A stretch of 37,534 nucleotides of DNA from assembly GCA_036377655.1 (NCBI GenBank), contig DASUXZ010000098.1, positions 1 through 37,534 of the forward strand, read 5' to 3'. The position numbers were made by a program, and so were the translations under genes. This document shows, in pieces, positions 22,863 through 31,089 of this stretch. The DNA is from Gemmatimonadales bacterium. Its GTDB lineage: Bacteria; Gemmatimonadota; Gemmatimonadetes; Gemmatimonadales; GWC2-71-9. Within the stretch, counting starts at the first letter, position 1. The number at the start of each line of letters is the position of its first letter. Below the pieces are notes generated by a model. That model saw nothing but the letters and a program-made list of their open reading frames with translations, was not told the DNA's origin and ran no database searches.

Positions 22863-23522
22863 ATGCGCCGAATCCTTCCCGGCGTCCTCGCGATCCTCGC
22901 TGCGCTCGCCTTCGGCATCTGGGCGCTGCCGAGCCTGCCGGATCCGATGGCCTCGCACTGGGGGCTCGACGGCCGGCCCGACGGCTGGTCCTCCCGCAGC
23001 ACGACGGTGTTCGTCCTGCCGCTCTTCGGGCTCCTCATCGCGGCGCTGCTCGCCTTCGTGCCGCGGATCGACCCGCGCCGGCGGAGCCATGAGCAGCATG
23101 CGGGCACCTGGTGGGTCATCGCCAACGCCTCGCTCGTCGTCATCTCGGCGATCCACATCTTCGTGATCGGCTACGGACTCGGCTGGAACGTGCCGTTCAA
23201 CCAGGTGGTCGCGATCGGGATCGGAGGCCTCTTCCTGCTCATCGGCAACCTGATGACGCGGATGCGCCCGAACTGGTTCATGGGGATCCGGACGCCGTGG
23301 ACGCTGAGCAGCGACACCGTCTGGCGGAAGACGCACCGGGTCGGCGCGTACGGGTTCGTCGCGGCGGGCATCGTCTCGATACTCGCGGGCATCCTCATTC
23401 CCGCCCGCGCCGGGCTCGTGCTCATCGTGTCGGCCGCGATCGTCGGCGTCGGGAGCCTCGTCTATTCCTACGTGGCGTGGAGGCAGGAAGTGGGGCACGC
23501 GCCGAAGGAGGCGGAGCGGTGA
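22863..23522 (+). CDS. SdpI/YhfL-family membrane protein (DUF1648 + SdpI immunity-type domain)
   Basis: The ATG lies 1 nt after the ArsR stop. The DUF1648-like N-terminus reads PDPMASHWGLDGRPDGWSSR. The SdpI signature is GNLMTRMRPNWFMGIRTPWTLSSDTVWRKTHR. There are 5-6 TM helices. Confidence 0.8.
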   Translation: MRRILPGVLAILAALAFGIWALPSLPDPMASHWGLDGRPDGWSSRSTTVFVLPLFGLLIAALLAFVPRIDPRRRSHEQHAGTWWVIANASLVVISAIHIFVIGYGLGWNVPFNQVVAIGIGGLFLLIGNLMTRMRPNWFMGIRTPWTLSSDTVWRKTHRVGAYGFVAAGIVSILAGILIPARAGLVLIVSAAIVGVGSLVYSYVAWRQEVGHAPKEAER

Positions 23523-24505
23523 GGCGGGGGCGCGGCATGGCCCCGATGGTGGTCCTCATGGCGCTCGGCGGGCCGGTGGATGCGCAGGCGCCCGCCTGGA
23601 CGGAGCGGGAAGTCACGGTCGGGACCGCGCCGTTCGCTCTCCCGGGCCTCGTGACGGTGCCGGCGGGGAAGGGCCCGTTTCCGCTCGTCGTGCTCGTCCA
23701 CGGCTCGGGACCGAACGATCGCGACGAGACCGTCGGTCCGAATCGGCCGTTCCGCGACCTCGCCCACGGTCTCGCGGAGCGGGGAGTCGCCGTGCTTCGC
23801 TACGACAAGCGGACGCGGACCTATCCGATGAGCTTCGCCGGCCGGCCGTTCACCGTGCGGGAGGAAACGATCGACGACGCGATCGCCGCGGTGGAGCTCG
23901 CGCGCGGCCTCCCGGACGTGGACCCCCGCCGGGTCGTGGTGGCCGGCCACAGTCTGGGCGGGCTCCTCGCGCCGCGGATCGCGGAGCGGGACGGAAGACT
24001 GGCGGGCGTCATCCTGCTCGCGGGCGCGAGCAACGAGGGAATTCCCGACATGGTAGAGCGGCAGCTCGCCTACCTGCGCACCCTCGAAGGCGCCGACACG
24101 GTCATGATCGACCGGCAGAGGGCGGCGGTCGCACCGGGCATCGCGCGGGTCCGGGCTCTCACCCCGGCCGATTCGGCGGAGACCGGGCTCATCCTCGGCG
24201 CGCCCGCGGCATACTGGCTCGACCTGGCGGGGTACTCGCCGTTCGAGACGGTCCGGCGGCTCCGGATGCCGGTGCTCGTGCTGCATGGCGAGCGCGACTA
24301 TCAGGCCGGCCCGGACGGCTTTGCCCAATGGCGGTCGGCGCTCGGTGGCGATGCACGGATCGAGTTCCGCTCGTATCCCTCGCTCAACCACCTCTTCATC
24401 GCCGGGACCGGACCCGGCAATCCCGCCGAATACGGGGTTCCGGGAACGGTGGCAGGTGTCGTCATCGACGACATCGCCCGCTGGGTGGTCGCGCTGGACC
24501 CGTAG
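23519..24505 (+). CDS. Secreted alpha/beta hydrolase (S9/S33-like serine hydrolase)
   Basis: The GTG at 23519 overlaps the SdpI TGA (GTGA) and gives the signal peptide MRRGRGMAPMVVLMALGGPVDAQA; the alternative ATG is 23537. Motifs: PLVVLVHGSGPNDRDE, nucleophile elbow VAGHSLGG, LVLHGERDYQ, and SLNHLF with the catalytic His. Confidence 0.8.
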   Translation: MRRGRGMAPMVVLMALGGPVDAQAPAWTEREVTVGTAPFALPGLVTVPAGKGPFPLVVLVHGSGPNDRDETVGPNRPFRDLAHGLAERGVAVLRYDKRTRTYPMSFAGRPFTVREETIDDAIAAVELARGLPDVDPRRVVVAGHSLGGLLAPRIAERDGRLAGVILLAGASNEGIPDMVERQLAYLRTLEGADTVMIDRQRAAVAPGIARVRALTPADSAETGLILGAPAAYWLDLAGYSPFETVRRLRMPVLVLHGERDYQAGPDGFAQWRSALGGDARIEFRSYPSLNHLFIAGTGPGNPAEYGVPGTVAGVVIDDIARWVVALDP

Positions 24506-24584
24506 GCCGGTGGACGGTGGCTGGCCGATGCCGGCCTTGGCGCCGGGGACTGCGCAGCTTCTCCGCCATCCGGCGGCGCAGCGC

Positions 24585-25739
24585 CTAGATCGCCGTCAGG
24601 ACCGCACCCTTCAGGTAGCCGGTTTCGGGCACCGTCAGCAGCTCGGGGTGATCCTCGCCCTGGCCGAGGATGGCGCGCACCGCGATGCGGCGGCCGCTGT
24701 CCTTCGCCGCTTCGGCGAGCATCCCCATGAAGGCGTCCCGTCCGACGTGAAACGAGCACGACGCGGTGACGAGCGTGCCGCCCGGCGCCAGGATGCGCAT
24801 GGCCCTGAGATTGATCTCGCGGTAGCCGCGGAGTGCCTGCGGAACGGTGGCGCGTGACTTCGCGAATGCCGGCGGGTCGAGCGCGATCGTGTCGAACCGC
24901 TCGCGCGCCCGGTCCCAGGCGCGGAGCGCCTCGAAGGCGTCCGCCTCGGTCCACGCGATGTTCGAGAATCCGTTGAGGGCGGCGTTCTCGGCGCCCCGCG
25001 CGAGCGCCTCGGCGCTCACGTCGAGCGCCACCACCTCGCGCGCCTTCCTCGCGAGGTGCAGCGCGAAGGAGCCGTGATAGGCGAAGCAGTCGAGCGCCCG
25101 CCCGCCCGGCGCCGTGAGCTCGCCGGCGATCGTGCGCGCGGGGCGCTGGTCCACGAACGCCCCGGTCTTCTGCCCCGTCCACGGTGCCGCGAAGTAGCGC
25201 ACGGCGCCCTCCCGCACCTCGATCCGCTCCGGGACCGTTCCCCGGGCGAGCTCGATCCCGGTCTCGAGCCCTTCGCGCTTCCGCACCGGCACGTCGTTGC
25301 GGAGGAGGATGCCGGCGGGCGCGAGCACGTCGTCGATGGCATCGAGGATCTCGCCGCGCATCGTTTCGAGGCCGGCGGAAAGGAACTGCGCCACCACCCA
25401 GCGGTCGTAGCGATCGACCACGAGCGAGGGGAGCCCGTCGCCCTCACCGTGCACCACGCGCCATGCCGTGGCGTCGATCCCGGCGCGGCGGCGGAGCGCG
25501 GCGCGGATCGCGTCGCTCCACCAGGCACGATCCACCGGGCGATCGCCGCGCTCGAGCAGCCGGAGCCGGATCTCCGATCGCGGGGAATGGAGCGCCTGGC
25601 CGATCGGCTTCCCGCGCGGGTCGAAGACCCGAACGAGCCCCGGCGCCCCGGGCGCCTCGGTGACGTCGCTGCGATAGATCCACGGATGGCCGCGGACCCA
25701 GCGCTCGGCCCCCCGTGCCGTGACGCGGGCGGCGTCCAT
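24585..25739 (-). CDS. rlmI: Class I SAM-dependent rRNA (cytosine-C5) methyltransferase, RlmI-like (PUA + MTase)
   Basis: I chose the internal ATG 25739 (MDAARVTARGAERWVRGHPWIYRSDV). Motifs: TGQKTGAFVDQR, ALDCFAYHGSFALHLA, FDTIALDPPAFAK, LVTASCS. Confidence 0.75.
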   Translation of the reverse strand: MDAARVTARGAERWVRGHPWIYRSDVTEAPGAPGLVRVFDPRGKPIGQALHSPRSEIRLRLLERGDRPVDRAWWSDAIRAALRRRAGIDATAWRVVHGEGDGLPSLVVDRYDRWVVAQFLSAGLETMRGEILDAIDDVLAPAGILLRNDVPVRKREGLETGIELARGTVPERIEVREGAVRYFAAPWTGQKTGAFVDQRPARTIAGELTAPGGRALDCFAYHGSFALHLARKAREVVALDVSAEALARGAENAALNGFSNIAWTEADAFEALRAWDRARERFDTIALDPPAFAKSRATVPQALRGYREINLRAMRILAPGGTLVTASCSFHVGRDAFMGMLAEAAKDSGRRIAVRAILGQGEDHPELLTVPETGYLKGAVLTAI

Positions 25740-25781
25740 CAGCCGGTGGCCCCGGCGGCCGGCGCGTGCTTGATTTGCCTC

Positions 25782-26414
25782 ATGCCGAAGAATGTAGCCG
25801 CCATGGTGCGGCTCATGGTGGTCACCGACGACGCGCTCGTGCGCGGCCGCGACCTGGTGGCGCTCGCGCTCGCGGCGGAGCGTGGCGGCGCCACGTCGCT
25901 CCAGCTCCGGCTCAAGGATGCGACCCCGCGCGCGCTCGCGGACGCCGCGCGCGCCCTGATCGCTGCGCTTTCCATTCCCGTGCTCGTCAACGACCGGCCG
26001 GACGTCGCCCGCGCCGCGGGAGCCGCCGGCGTGCACCTCGGCCCGGGCGACCTCCCGCCGCGGCTCGCCCGCCGCGTGCTCGGCCCCGATGCGGTCATCG
26101 GCGCATCGGTCGGGTCCGAAGGCGAAGCGCTCGCCGGAGGGGATGCGGATTACTGGGGAATCGGCCCGTGGGCGGCGACGGCGACGAAGGGCGATGCGGG
26201 CGCCGCGATCGGCGCTGACGGCTTCCGCCGGCTCGCGGGCGTGGCCGGGGGTCGGCCGTGCATCGCCATCGGGGGCATCGTGCCGGCGGACGTGCCGGCG
26301 GTGCTGGCGGCCGGCGGAGGGGGCGTGGCAGTGGCCTCGGGCATTCTCGCCGCGGCGGACGTCGAAACCGCGGCGAGGAGGTACGCGGAGCGGTTAGGGA
26401 GTGGAGCGGGCTGA
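25782..26414 (+). CDS. thiE: Thiamine-phosphate synthase
   Basis: Motifs: RLMVVTDD, SLQLRLKD, LVNDRPDVARAAGAAGVHLG, IGASV, YWGIGPWAAT, IAIGGI, VAVASGI. The start is ambiguous: ATG 25782, 25803 or 25815. Confidence 0.8.
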   Translation: MPKNVAAMVRLMVVTDDALVRGRDLVALALAAERGGATSLQLRLKDATPRALADAARALIAALSIPVLVNDRPDVARAAGAAGVHLGPGDLPPRLARRVLGPDAVIGASVGSEGEALAGGDADYWGIGPWAATATKGDAGAAIGADGFRRLAGVAGGRPCIAIGGIVPADVPAVLAAGGGGVAVASGILAAADVETAARRYAERLGSGAG

Positions 26415-27386
26415 GGCGTCCCGCGCGCGGCGCGCCTCCCCGACGGCGCGCAGGTGCTCGCGGTAGGTGCGCGTGAAGACGTGGCGCCCGTCGGGCTGCG
26501 CCACGAAGAAGAGATACGGCACGGAATCAGGATAGAGCGCGGCCTCGATGCTCCGCTCGCTCGGCGAGTTGACCGGGCCGGGAGGAAGGCCGGGGTTCAG
26601 GTAGGTGTTGTACGGCGAGGCGAATCCGTAGTCCTTCTCGAAGAGCCGCTTCTTCCGCTCGCCGGTGCGGAGCATGATCGCGTACTGCACCGTGGGATCG
26701 GCCTGCAGCGCCATGCCGATCCGGAGCCGGTTGTGGTAGACCCCCGCGATCACCTCCCGCTCCGCATCCACGCGCGCCTCTCCCTCCACGATCGACGCGA
26801 GCGCCAGGAGCTCGCCGCGCGTGAGGCCCAGCGTGTCGAGGCGGGCCGTCCATTCCGGCTTCCAGCGCGTCTCGAACTCGAGGGCGAGCCGGCGCACGAG
26901 CTCGCGCGCGGTGATGTCGGGCGGGAGCTGGTAGGTGTCGGGACGGAGATAGCCCTCGAGCGACCGGGCGCGGATGCCGAGCGAGTCCGCGAGCAGGGAA
27001 TCGGTCGCGGCGGCGGCGAGCGAGTCGGCCGGGATCCCGAGGCGCTCCTCGACGAGGTCGGCGACCTCGCCGATCGTGAGCCCTTCGGGAATCGTGAGCC
27101 GCACCTCCTCCTGCCGCCCTTCCTGCAGGAGGTCGAGGAGCGCCGCGTGCGAGGAGCCGCGGGGGATCTGGTAGACGCCCGCCAGCACCGCGCGATCGCG
27201 CCCGGTGAGCTTGGCGCGCACCTTGAGCAGGAAACGGTTGCCGACGAGCCCGTGCGCGTCGAGCGAGTCGAGCACCTGGCCGAAGCTCGCTCCGGGCGGC
27301 ACGATGATCCGCTCCGTGGTGCCGTCGCCCGCGGGCACGCCGTCGCAGGCCGCGAGAAGGAGCAGCGCAGGAAAGAGTCGTCGCAT
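26394..27386 (-). CDS. mltG: Endolytic murein transglycosylase MltG (YceG family), lipoprotein-type signal
   Basis: MRRLFPALLLLAAC (lipobox-like). Motifs: LASIVEGEA, VYHNRLRIGMALQADPTVQY, YNTYLNPGLPPGPVNSP. The start overlaps the ruvX stop (ATGA). Confidence 0.85.
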   Translation of the reverse strand: MRRLFPALLLLAACDGVPAGDGTTERIIVPPGASFGQVLDSLDAHGLVGNRFLLKVRAKLTGRDRAVLAGVYQIPRGSSHAALLDLLQEGRQEEVRLTIPEGLTIGEVADLVEERLGIPADSLAAAATDSLLADSLGIRARSLEGYLRPDTYQLPPDITARELVRRLALEFETRWKPEWTARLDTLGLTRGELLALASIVEGEARVDAEREVIAGVYHNRLRIGMALQADPTVQYAIMLRTGERKKRLFEKDYGFASPYNTYLNPGLPPGPVNSPSERSIEAALYPDSVPYLFFVAQPDGRHVFTRTYREHLRAVGEARRARDASARSTP

Positions 27387-27832
27387 CAGGCGTTCCGTCG
27401 GCGGTCGAGGAACTGCTGCAGGAGGATGGCGGCCGCGAGCGCGTCCACGTCCTCGCGGCGGCCGCGCGCGCGCCCGCCCTGCTCGCGGATGACGCCGAGC
27501 GCGCGCGCGCTGCTCATCCGCTCGTCCTGCAAGTATAGGGGAAGGCCGGTCTGCCGGGCCATCGCGTCGCCGAGGTCGCGGGCGGCGATGGCCGAGGCGC
27601 CTTCCTCGCCCTCGCCCGTGAGGGGAAGCCCGACGACGAGGCCGACCGGCCGGTGCTCCGCGACGAGCTCGAGGAAGCGCCGCATCGGGAACCGCTTCCC
27701 GGGCCGGCGCACGAGCGTCGTGAGCGGAGACGCGATGAGCTGCGTCTCGTCGCTCAGGGCGAGGCCGATGCGGACCTCGCCCCAGTCGGCCGCGATGATG
27801 CGGCCGGCCGGGGGTATCGATGCGGGGGACAT
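27386..27832 (-). CDS. ruvX: Holliday-junction resolvase-like pre-16S rRNA nuclease RuvX (YqgF)
   Basis: 148 aa. Motifs: RIIAADWGEVRIGLALSD, GLVVGLPL, YLQDERMSS, DALAAAILLQQFL. Confidence 0.85.
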   Translation of the reverse strand: MSPASIPPAGRIIAADWGEVRIGLALSDETQLIASPLTTLVRRPGKRFPMRRFLELVAEHRPVGLVVGLPLTGEGEEGASAIAARDLGDAMARQTGLPLYLQDERMSSARALGVIREQGGRARGRREDVDALAAAILLQQFLDRRRNA

Positions 27833-27869
27833 GCCTGCCCGGCCCGCCGGGGACGGCGCGGGGCCGCCC

Positions 27870-29117
27870 CTACTGGGCCATCGTGGCGAAGAATTCCTTG
27901 TTGTTCTTGGTGCGCTTCATCCGCTCGAGGAGGAACTCGAGCGCCTCGACGGGCGGCATGTCCGCGAGGAAGTTGCGGAGGAGATAGACCCGGTTGAGCT
28001 CGTCCTTGTCCATGAGGAGCTCTTCCTTGCGGGTCGAGGTGCGCTGGATGTCGATGGCGGGGTAGATGCGACGGTCGGCGAGGCGGCGGTCGAGCACCAG
28101 CTCCATGTTGCCGGTGCCCTTGAACTCCTCGAAGATGACTTCGTCCATCCGGCTGCCCGTGTCGATGAGCGCCGTGGCGATGATCGTGAGGCTGCCGCCC
28201 TTGTCGATGTTGCGTGCCGCGCCGAAGAAGCGCTTCGGCTTCTGGAGCGCGTTCGCGTCCACGCCGCCGGAGAGGATCTTCCCGGAGTGCGGCACCACCA
28301 CGTTGTGCGCGCGGGCGAGGCGGGTGATCGAGTCGAGGAGGATCACGACGTCCCGGCCGTGCTCCACGAGGCGCTTGGCCTTCTCGATGACCATGTCCGC
28401 CACCTGCACGTGGCGGTCCGCCGGCTCGTCGAAGGTGGAGGAGATCACCTCCGCCTTCACGTTCTCCTCCATGTCGGTGACTTCCTCGGGGCGCTCGTCG
28501 ATGAGGAGCACGATCAGCACGATCTCGGGATGGTTCTCCGAGATGGCGTTGGCGAGCTTCTGCATGAGGATCGTCTTGCCGGCCTTCGGCGGCGCCACGA
28601 TGAGGCCGCGCTGGCCCTTGCCGATCGGGGAGAGGAGGTCCACCACCCGCATCGAGAGGTCGCCGTTCTTCCGCTCGAGGCGGATGCGGCCGTCAGGGTA
28701 GCGCGGCTTCAGGTTGTCGAAGCCGATCCGGTGCTTGGTCTTCTCCGGCTCCTCGAAGTTGACGCTCTCGACCTTGAGGAGCGCGAGGTACCGCTCGCCT
28801 TCCTTCGGCGGGCGGACCTGGCCCATCACCGTGTCTCCCGTGCGCAGGTCGAACCGCTTGATCTGGCTCGGGCTCACGTAGATGTCGTCGGGGCCGTACA
28901 GGTAGTTCCAGTCCTGGCTGCGGAGGAACCCGTATCCCTCGGGGAGGATCTCGAGCACGCCCTCGCCGCGGATCACGGTGTCCTTGTCGAGGAGCGACTG
29001 CTCGATCTTGAAGATGAGGTCCTGCTTGCGGAGGCCTGAGTAGTTGGTGATGTTCAGCTCTTCAGCCAACGAATGCAGTTCCGCGACGGACTTCTGCTTC
29101 AGTTCAGCGATATCCAC
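27870..29117 (-). CDS. rho: Transcription termination factor Rho
   Basis: 415 aa. Motifs: [52 protein letters not shown], Walker [40 protein letters not shown]. The start is GTG at 29117 with no Shine-Dalgarno upstream. Confidence 0.95.
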   Translation of the reverse strand: MDIAELKQKSVAELHSLAEELNITNYSGLRKQDLIFKIEQSLLDKDTVIRGEGVLEILPEGYGFLRSQDWNYLYGPDDIYVSPSQIKRFDLRTGDTVMGQVRPPKEGERYLALLKVESVNFEEPEKTKHRIGFDNLKPRYPDGRIRLERKNGDLSMRVVDLLSPIGKGQRGLIVAPPKAGKTILMQKLANAISENHPEIVLIVLLIDERPEEVTDMEENVKAEVISSTFDEPADRHVQVADMVIEKAKRLVEHGRDVVILLDSITRLARAHNVVVPHSGKILSGGVDANALQKPKRFFGAARNIDKGGSLTIIATALIDTGSRMDEVIFEEFKGTGNMELVLDRRLADRRIYPAIDIQRTSTRKEELLMDKDELNRVYLLRNFLADMPPVEALEFLLERMKRTKNNKEFFATMAQ

Positions 29118-29300
29118 GGAGGGAGCTCCGAGCGGGTTGGCCGACGGTCGACGCGGCCGGGGGGTGGAGTTGGATCTGGACCTGGGATGAGAGCGGATCG
29201 TCGAAGACTCGGCGGATCGGGTATCGGCGGATCAGGTAACTGGGGAGTTCCGGCGGCGCGGAGCGTGTGGGTACGGAGGCGTGTGAGGCCGCGGCGCGAC
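29118..29300 (-). promoter_or_regulatory. C-rich/G-poor 5' leader of rho (rut-like; candidate autoregulatory attenuator)
   Basis: By hand count over 29161-29280 the + strand has 57 G and 22 C, so the rho-sense RNA is about 48% C and 18% G. The motif GATCCGC (sense) recurs three times (+ strand GCGGATC at 29193-29199, 29212-29218, 29227-29233). Confidence 0.45.
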
Positions 29301-29445
29301 CGGTAAGGCAAGTTGCAAAGCTAGAGGGGGCCGTATCGTCCGTCAAGACCGATCCCGTCACCCCGCGCCACCCCCGGCCACCCTCGACGATCTCCTCTTT
29401 GCCTTCGAAGCCTGGCGGGTCGTCCGCCTCGGGAACCGCGAGGTC

Positions 29446-30525
29446 GTGGATGCCGTGGTCGCACCGGCGCACCGGGGGCCTTCCGAGGCGCTCGCCGGCG
29501 GCCTCCGGCGGTGGCGAGGGGCGCATTACTGGTCGGACGCCGGGCGCACCGCCCTCGTGCTCGTGCGGCCGGTCGCCCCGGACCGGCCGGAGCGGTGGGG
29601 GCTGCACGCCCTCCTCGCCCTCCTCACGATCCTCTGCGCCCTTGGCGCCGGTGCCGCCCTCGCCGGCGACTGGTACCCCCCGCGCCCGCCGCGGCACCTC
29701 GGCGCGGTCGCGGGAACGATCGCGGCCGGGCTGAGCTTCTTTGCCGACGTGATCGCCGGGGGGTGGCGCGACATCCTCTCCGGCGCCTCGTTCGCCTTTC
29801 CGCTTCTCGGCATCCTGCTCATCCACGAGCTGGGCCATTACGTCGCGGCGCGCCGCTACGCCATCGACACCTCGCCGCCGTTCTTCCTCCCCGTCCCGCC
29901 GACCCTGTCGCCGATCGGCAGTCTCGGCGCGTTCCTGCGGCTCCGAACGCCGGTGCTCGACCGGCGACAGCTCCTCGACGTCGGGGCCGCCGGGCCGCTC
30001 GCCGGGTTCGTCGTCGCCATCGGCGTGCTCGTCTGGGGCTACTCGGTGTCGGAAGGCCTGTCGCTCGGGCAGGAAACGCCCGGGGAGTTCGTGACCTTCG
30101 CCGGCCGGCAGATCTATCTCGGCGACTCGATCCTCACCTGGGCGCTCCGCTCCTGGTTCTTCCCCGACGCCGCGGCTGTCGCCCTGAGCCTGCCTGCGTT
30201 TGCCGGCTGGACCGGGGCCTTCGTCACGGGGCTCAACCTGATGCCGTTGAGCCAGCTCGACGGCGGGCACGTCCTCTACGCGCTCCTCGGGCGGCGCCAG
30301 GCCGTCGTCGGCGGTCTCACGATGATCGGCCTCTTCGTGCTCGGATTCTTCTCGCCGAGCTGGTGGCTGTGGGGCCTCGTCGCACTCGTGGTCGGCGGCG
30401 GGCGGTGGACCCATCCCTCGGTGGTGACGCCCGGGCGCGCGGTGCCGCCGCGACGGCGGTGGATCGCCTGGGCGTGCATCGCGGTGTTCATCGTGACCTT
30501 CGTGCCCGCCCCGTTCCGGATCTAG
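29446..30525 (+). CDS. Site-2 protease family (M50) intramembrane zinc metalloprotease
   Basis: GTG start at 29446. HExxH is in a TM helix (LLIHELGHYVAARRY). The second motif is GLNLMPLSQLDGGHVLYA. There are multiple TM segments. Confidence 0.85.
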   Translation: MDAVVAPAHRGPSEALAGGLRRWRGAHYWSDAGRTALVLVRPVAPDRPERWGLHALLALLTILCALGAGAALAGDWYPPRPPRHLGAVAGTIAAGLSFFADVIAGGWRDILSGASFAFPLLGILLIHELGHYVAARRYAIDTSPPFFLPVPPTLSPIGSLGAFLRLRTPVLDRRQLLDVGAAGPLAGFVVAIGVLVWGYSVSEGLSLGQETPGEFVTFAGRQIYLGDSILTWALRSWFFPDAAAVALSLPAFAGWTGAFVTGLNLMPLSQLDGGHVLYALLGRRQAVVGGLTMIGLFVLGFFSPSWWLWGLVALVVGGGRWTHPSVVTPGRAVPPRRRWIAWACIAVFIVTFVPAPFRI

Positions 30526-30535
30526 CGCCGGCGCA

Positions 30536-30564
30536 TTGCGCCGCTCACGCGCGTTCGGCATAAT
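30536..30564 (+). promoter_or_regulatory. Candidate sigma70-type promoter of the small-protein cassette
   Basis: TTGCGC (30536-30541), 17 nt, CATAAT (30559-30564). It begins 11 nt after the S2P stop and lies about 44 nt upstream of the ATG at 30608, which has GGAGGA at 30595-30600. Confidence 0.5.
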
Positions 30565-30607
30565 GCACCTGTCCCGCCACACAGTACGACCGACGGAGGA
30601 GGCGCCG

Positions 30608-30895
30608 ATGAACCTCCAGAGCATGCGCACGCCTTCACGCGACCCGCGCGAGCCCGTCTTCCACGCGCTCGACCCGGTGCAGGTCGAGGGACGCGTCGTC
30701 GCCGTTTCCCTCATCGTCCGCCTCGCCGACGACGGCGCCTGGCGCGGCCGCCTCCGGTATTTCGACGATGCCGAGCCGCTCGCCGAGTGGGAGACCGCCG
30801 AGATCTTCTGCGGGGATACCGAGGACGAGCTCTGGCAGGGCGTCCAGCGCCTTCGCGAGCATCATTTCCGCGACCTCTTCCGGTCGCTCAGCTGA
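30608..30895 (+). CDS. Hypothetical small acidic protein (95 aa)
   Basis: The internal ATG 30608 has a strong GGAGGA RBS. Sequence: MNLQSMRTPSRDPREPVFHALDPVQVEGRVVAVSLIVRLADDGAWRGRLRYFDDAEPLAEWETAEIFCGDTEDELWQGVQRLREHHFRDLFRSLS. I recognise no family. It is tightly followed by the next gene. Confidence 0.55.
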   Translation: MNLQSMRTPSRDPREPVFHALDPVQVEGRVVAVSLIVRLADDGAWRGRLRYFDDAEPLAEWETAEIFCGDTEDELWQGVQRLREHHFRDLFRSLS

Positions 30896-30903
30896 GGAGC
30901 GCC

Positions 30904-31089
30904 ATGTCGGACGCCGATCCCGTCAGCAAGCTGCGCCACGACCTCTCCAACCCGCTCTCGGCCCTCCTGGCCGAGACGCAGCTGCTGCTCCTCAACGAGG
31001 CGGCGATCGATCCGGAAACCGTCGCGGGGCTGCGCGAGATCGAAGGGCTCGCGATCCGGATGCGCGCCCTCCTCCGGGACGGTCAGTAG
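30904..31089 (+). CDS. Stand-alone HisKA/DHp-like mini-protein (61 aa) with an H-box and no ATPase domain
   Basis: ATG at 30904 with GAGGAG at 30894-30899. Sequence: MSDADPVSKLRHDLSNPLSALLAETQLLLLNEAAIDPETVAGLREIEGLAIRMRALLRDGQ. RHDLSNPLSAL matches the histidine-kinase H-box (compare AHDLRSPLTSI in the kinase at 5302-6462). The length fits a two-helix hairpin. Confidence 0.55.
   Translation: MSDADPVSKLRHDLSNPLSALLAETQLLLLNEAAIDPETVAGLREIEGLAIRMRALLRDGQ

Noticed and set aside
25740-25781. A possible TPP (THI-box) riboswitch upstream of thiE.
   Set aside because: Only 42 nt separate thiE from the divergent rlmI start, which is too short for the ~100-nt aptamer. No CUGAGA/ACCUGA-type THI-box elements are visible.
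29302-29317. A sigma54-like element GGTAAGGCAAGTTGCA on the + strand upstream of the site-2 protease gene.
   Set aside because: The GG-to-GC spacing is one nucleotide longer than the strictly conserved -24/-12 spacing, and the -24 region does not match TGGCAC.
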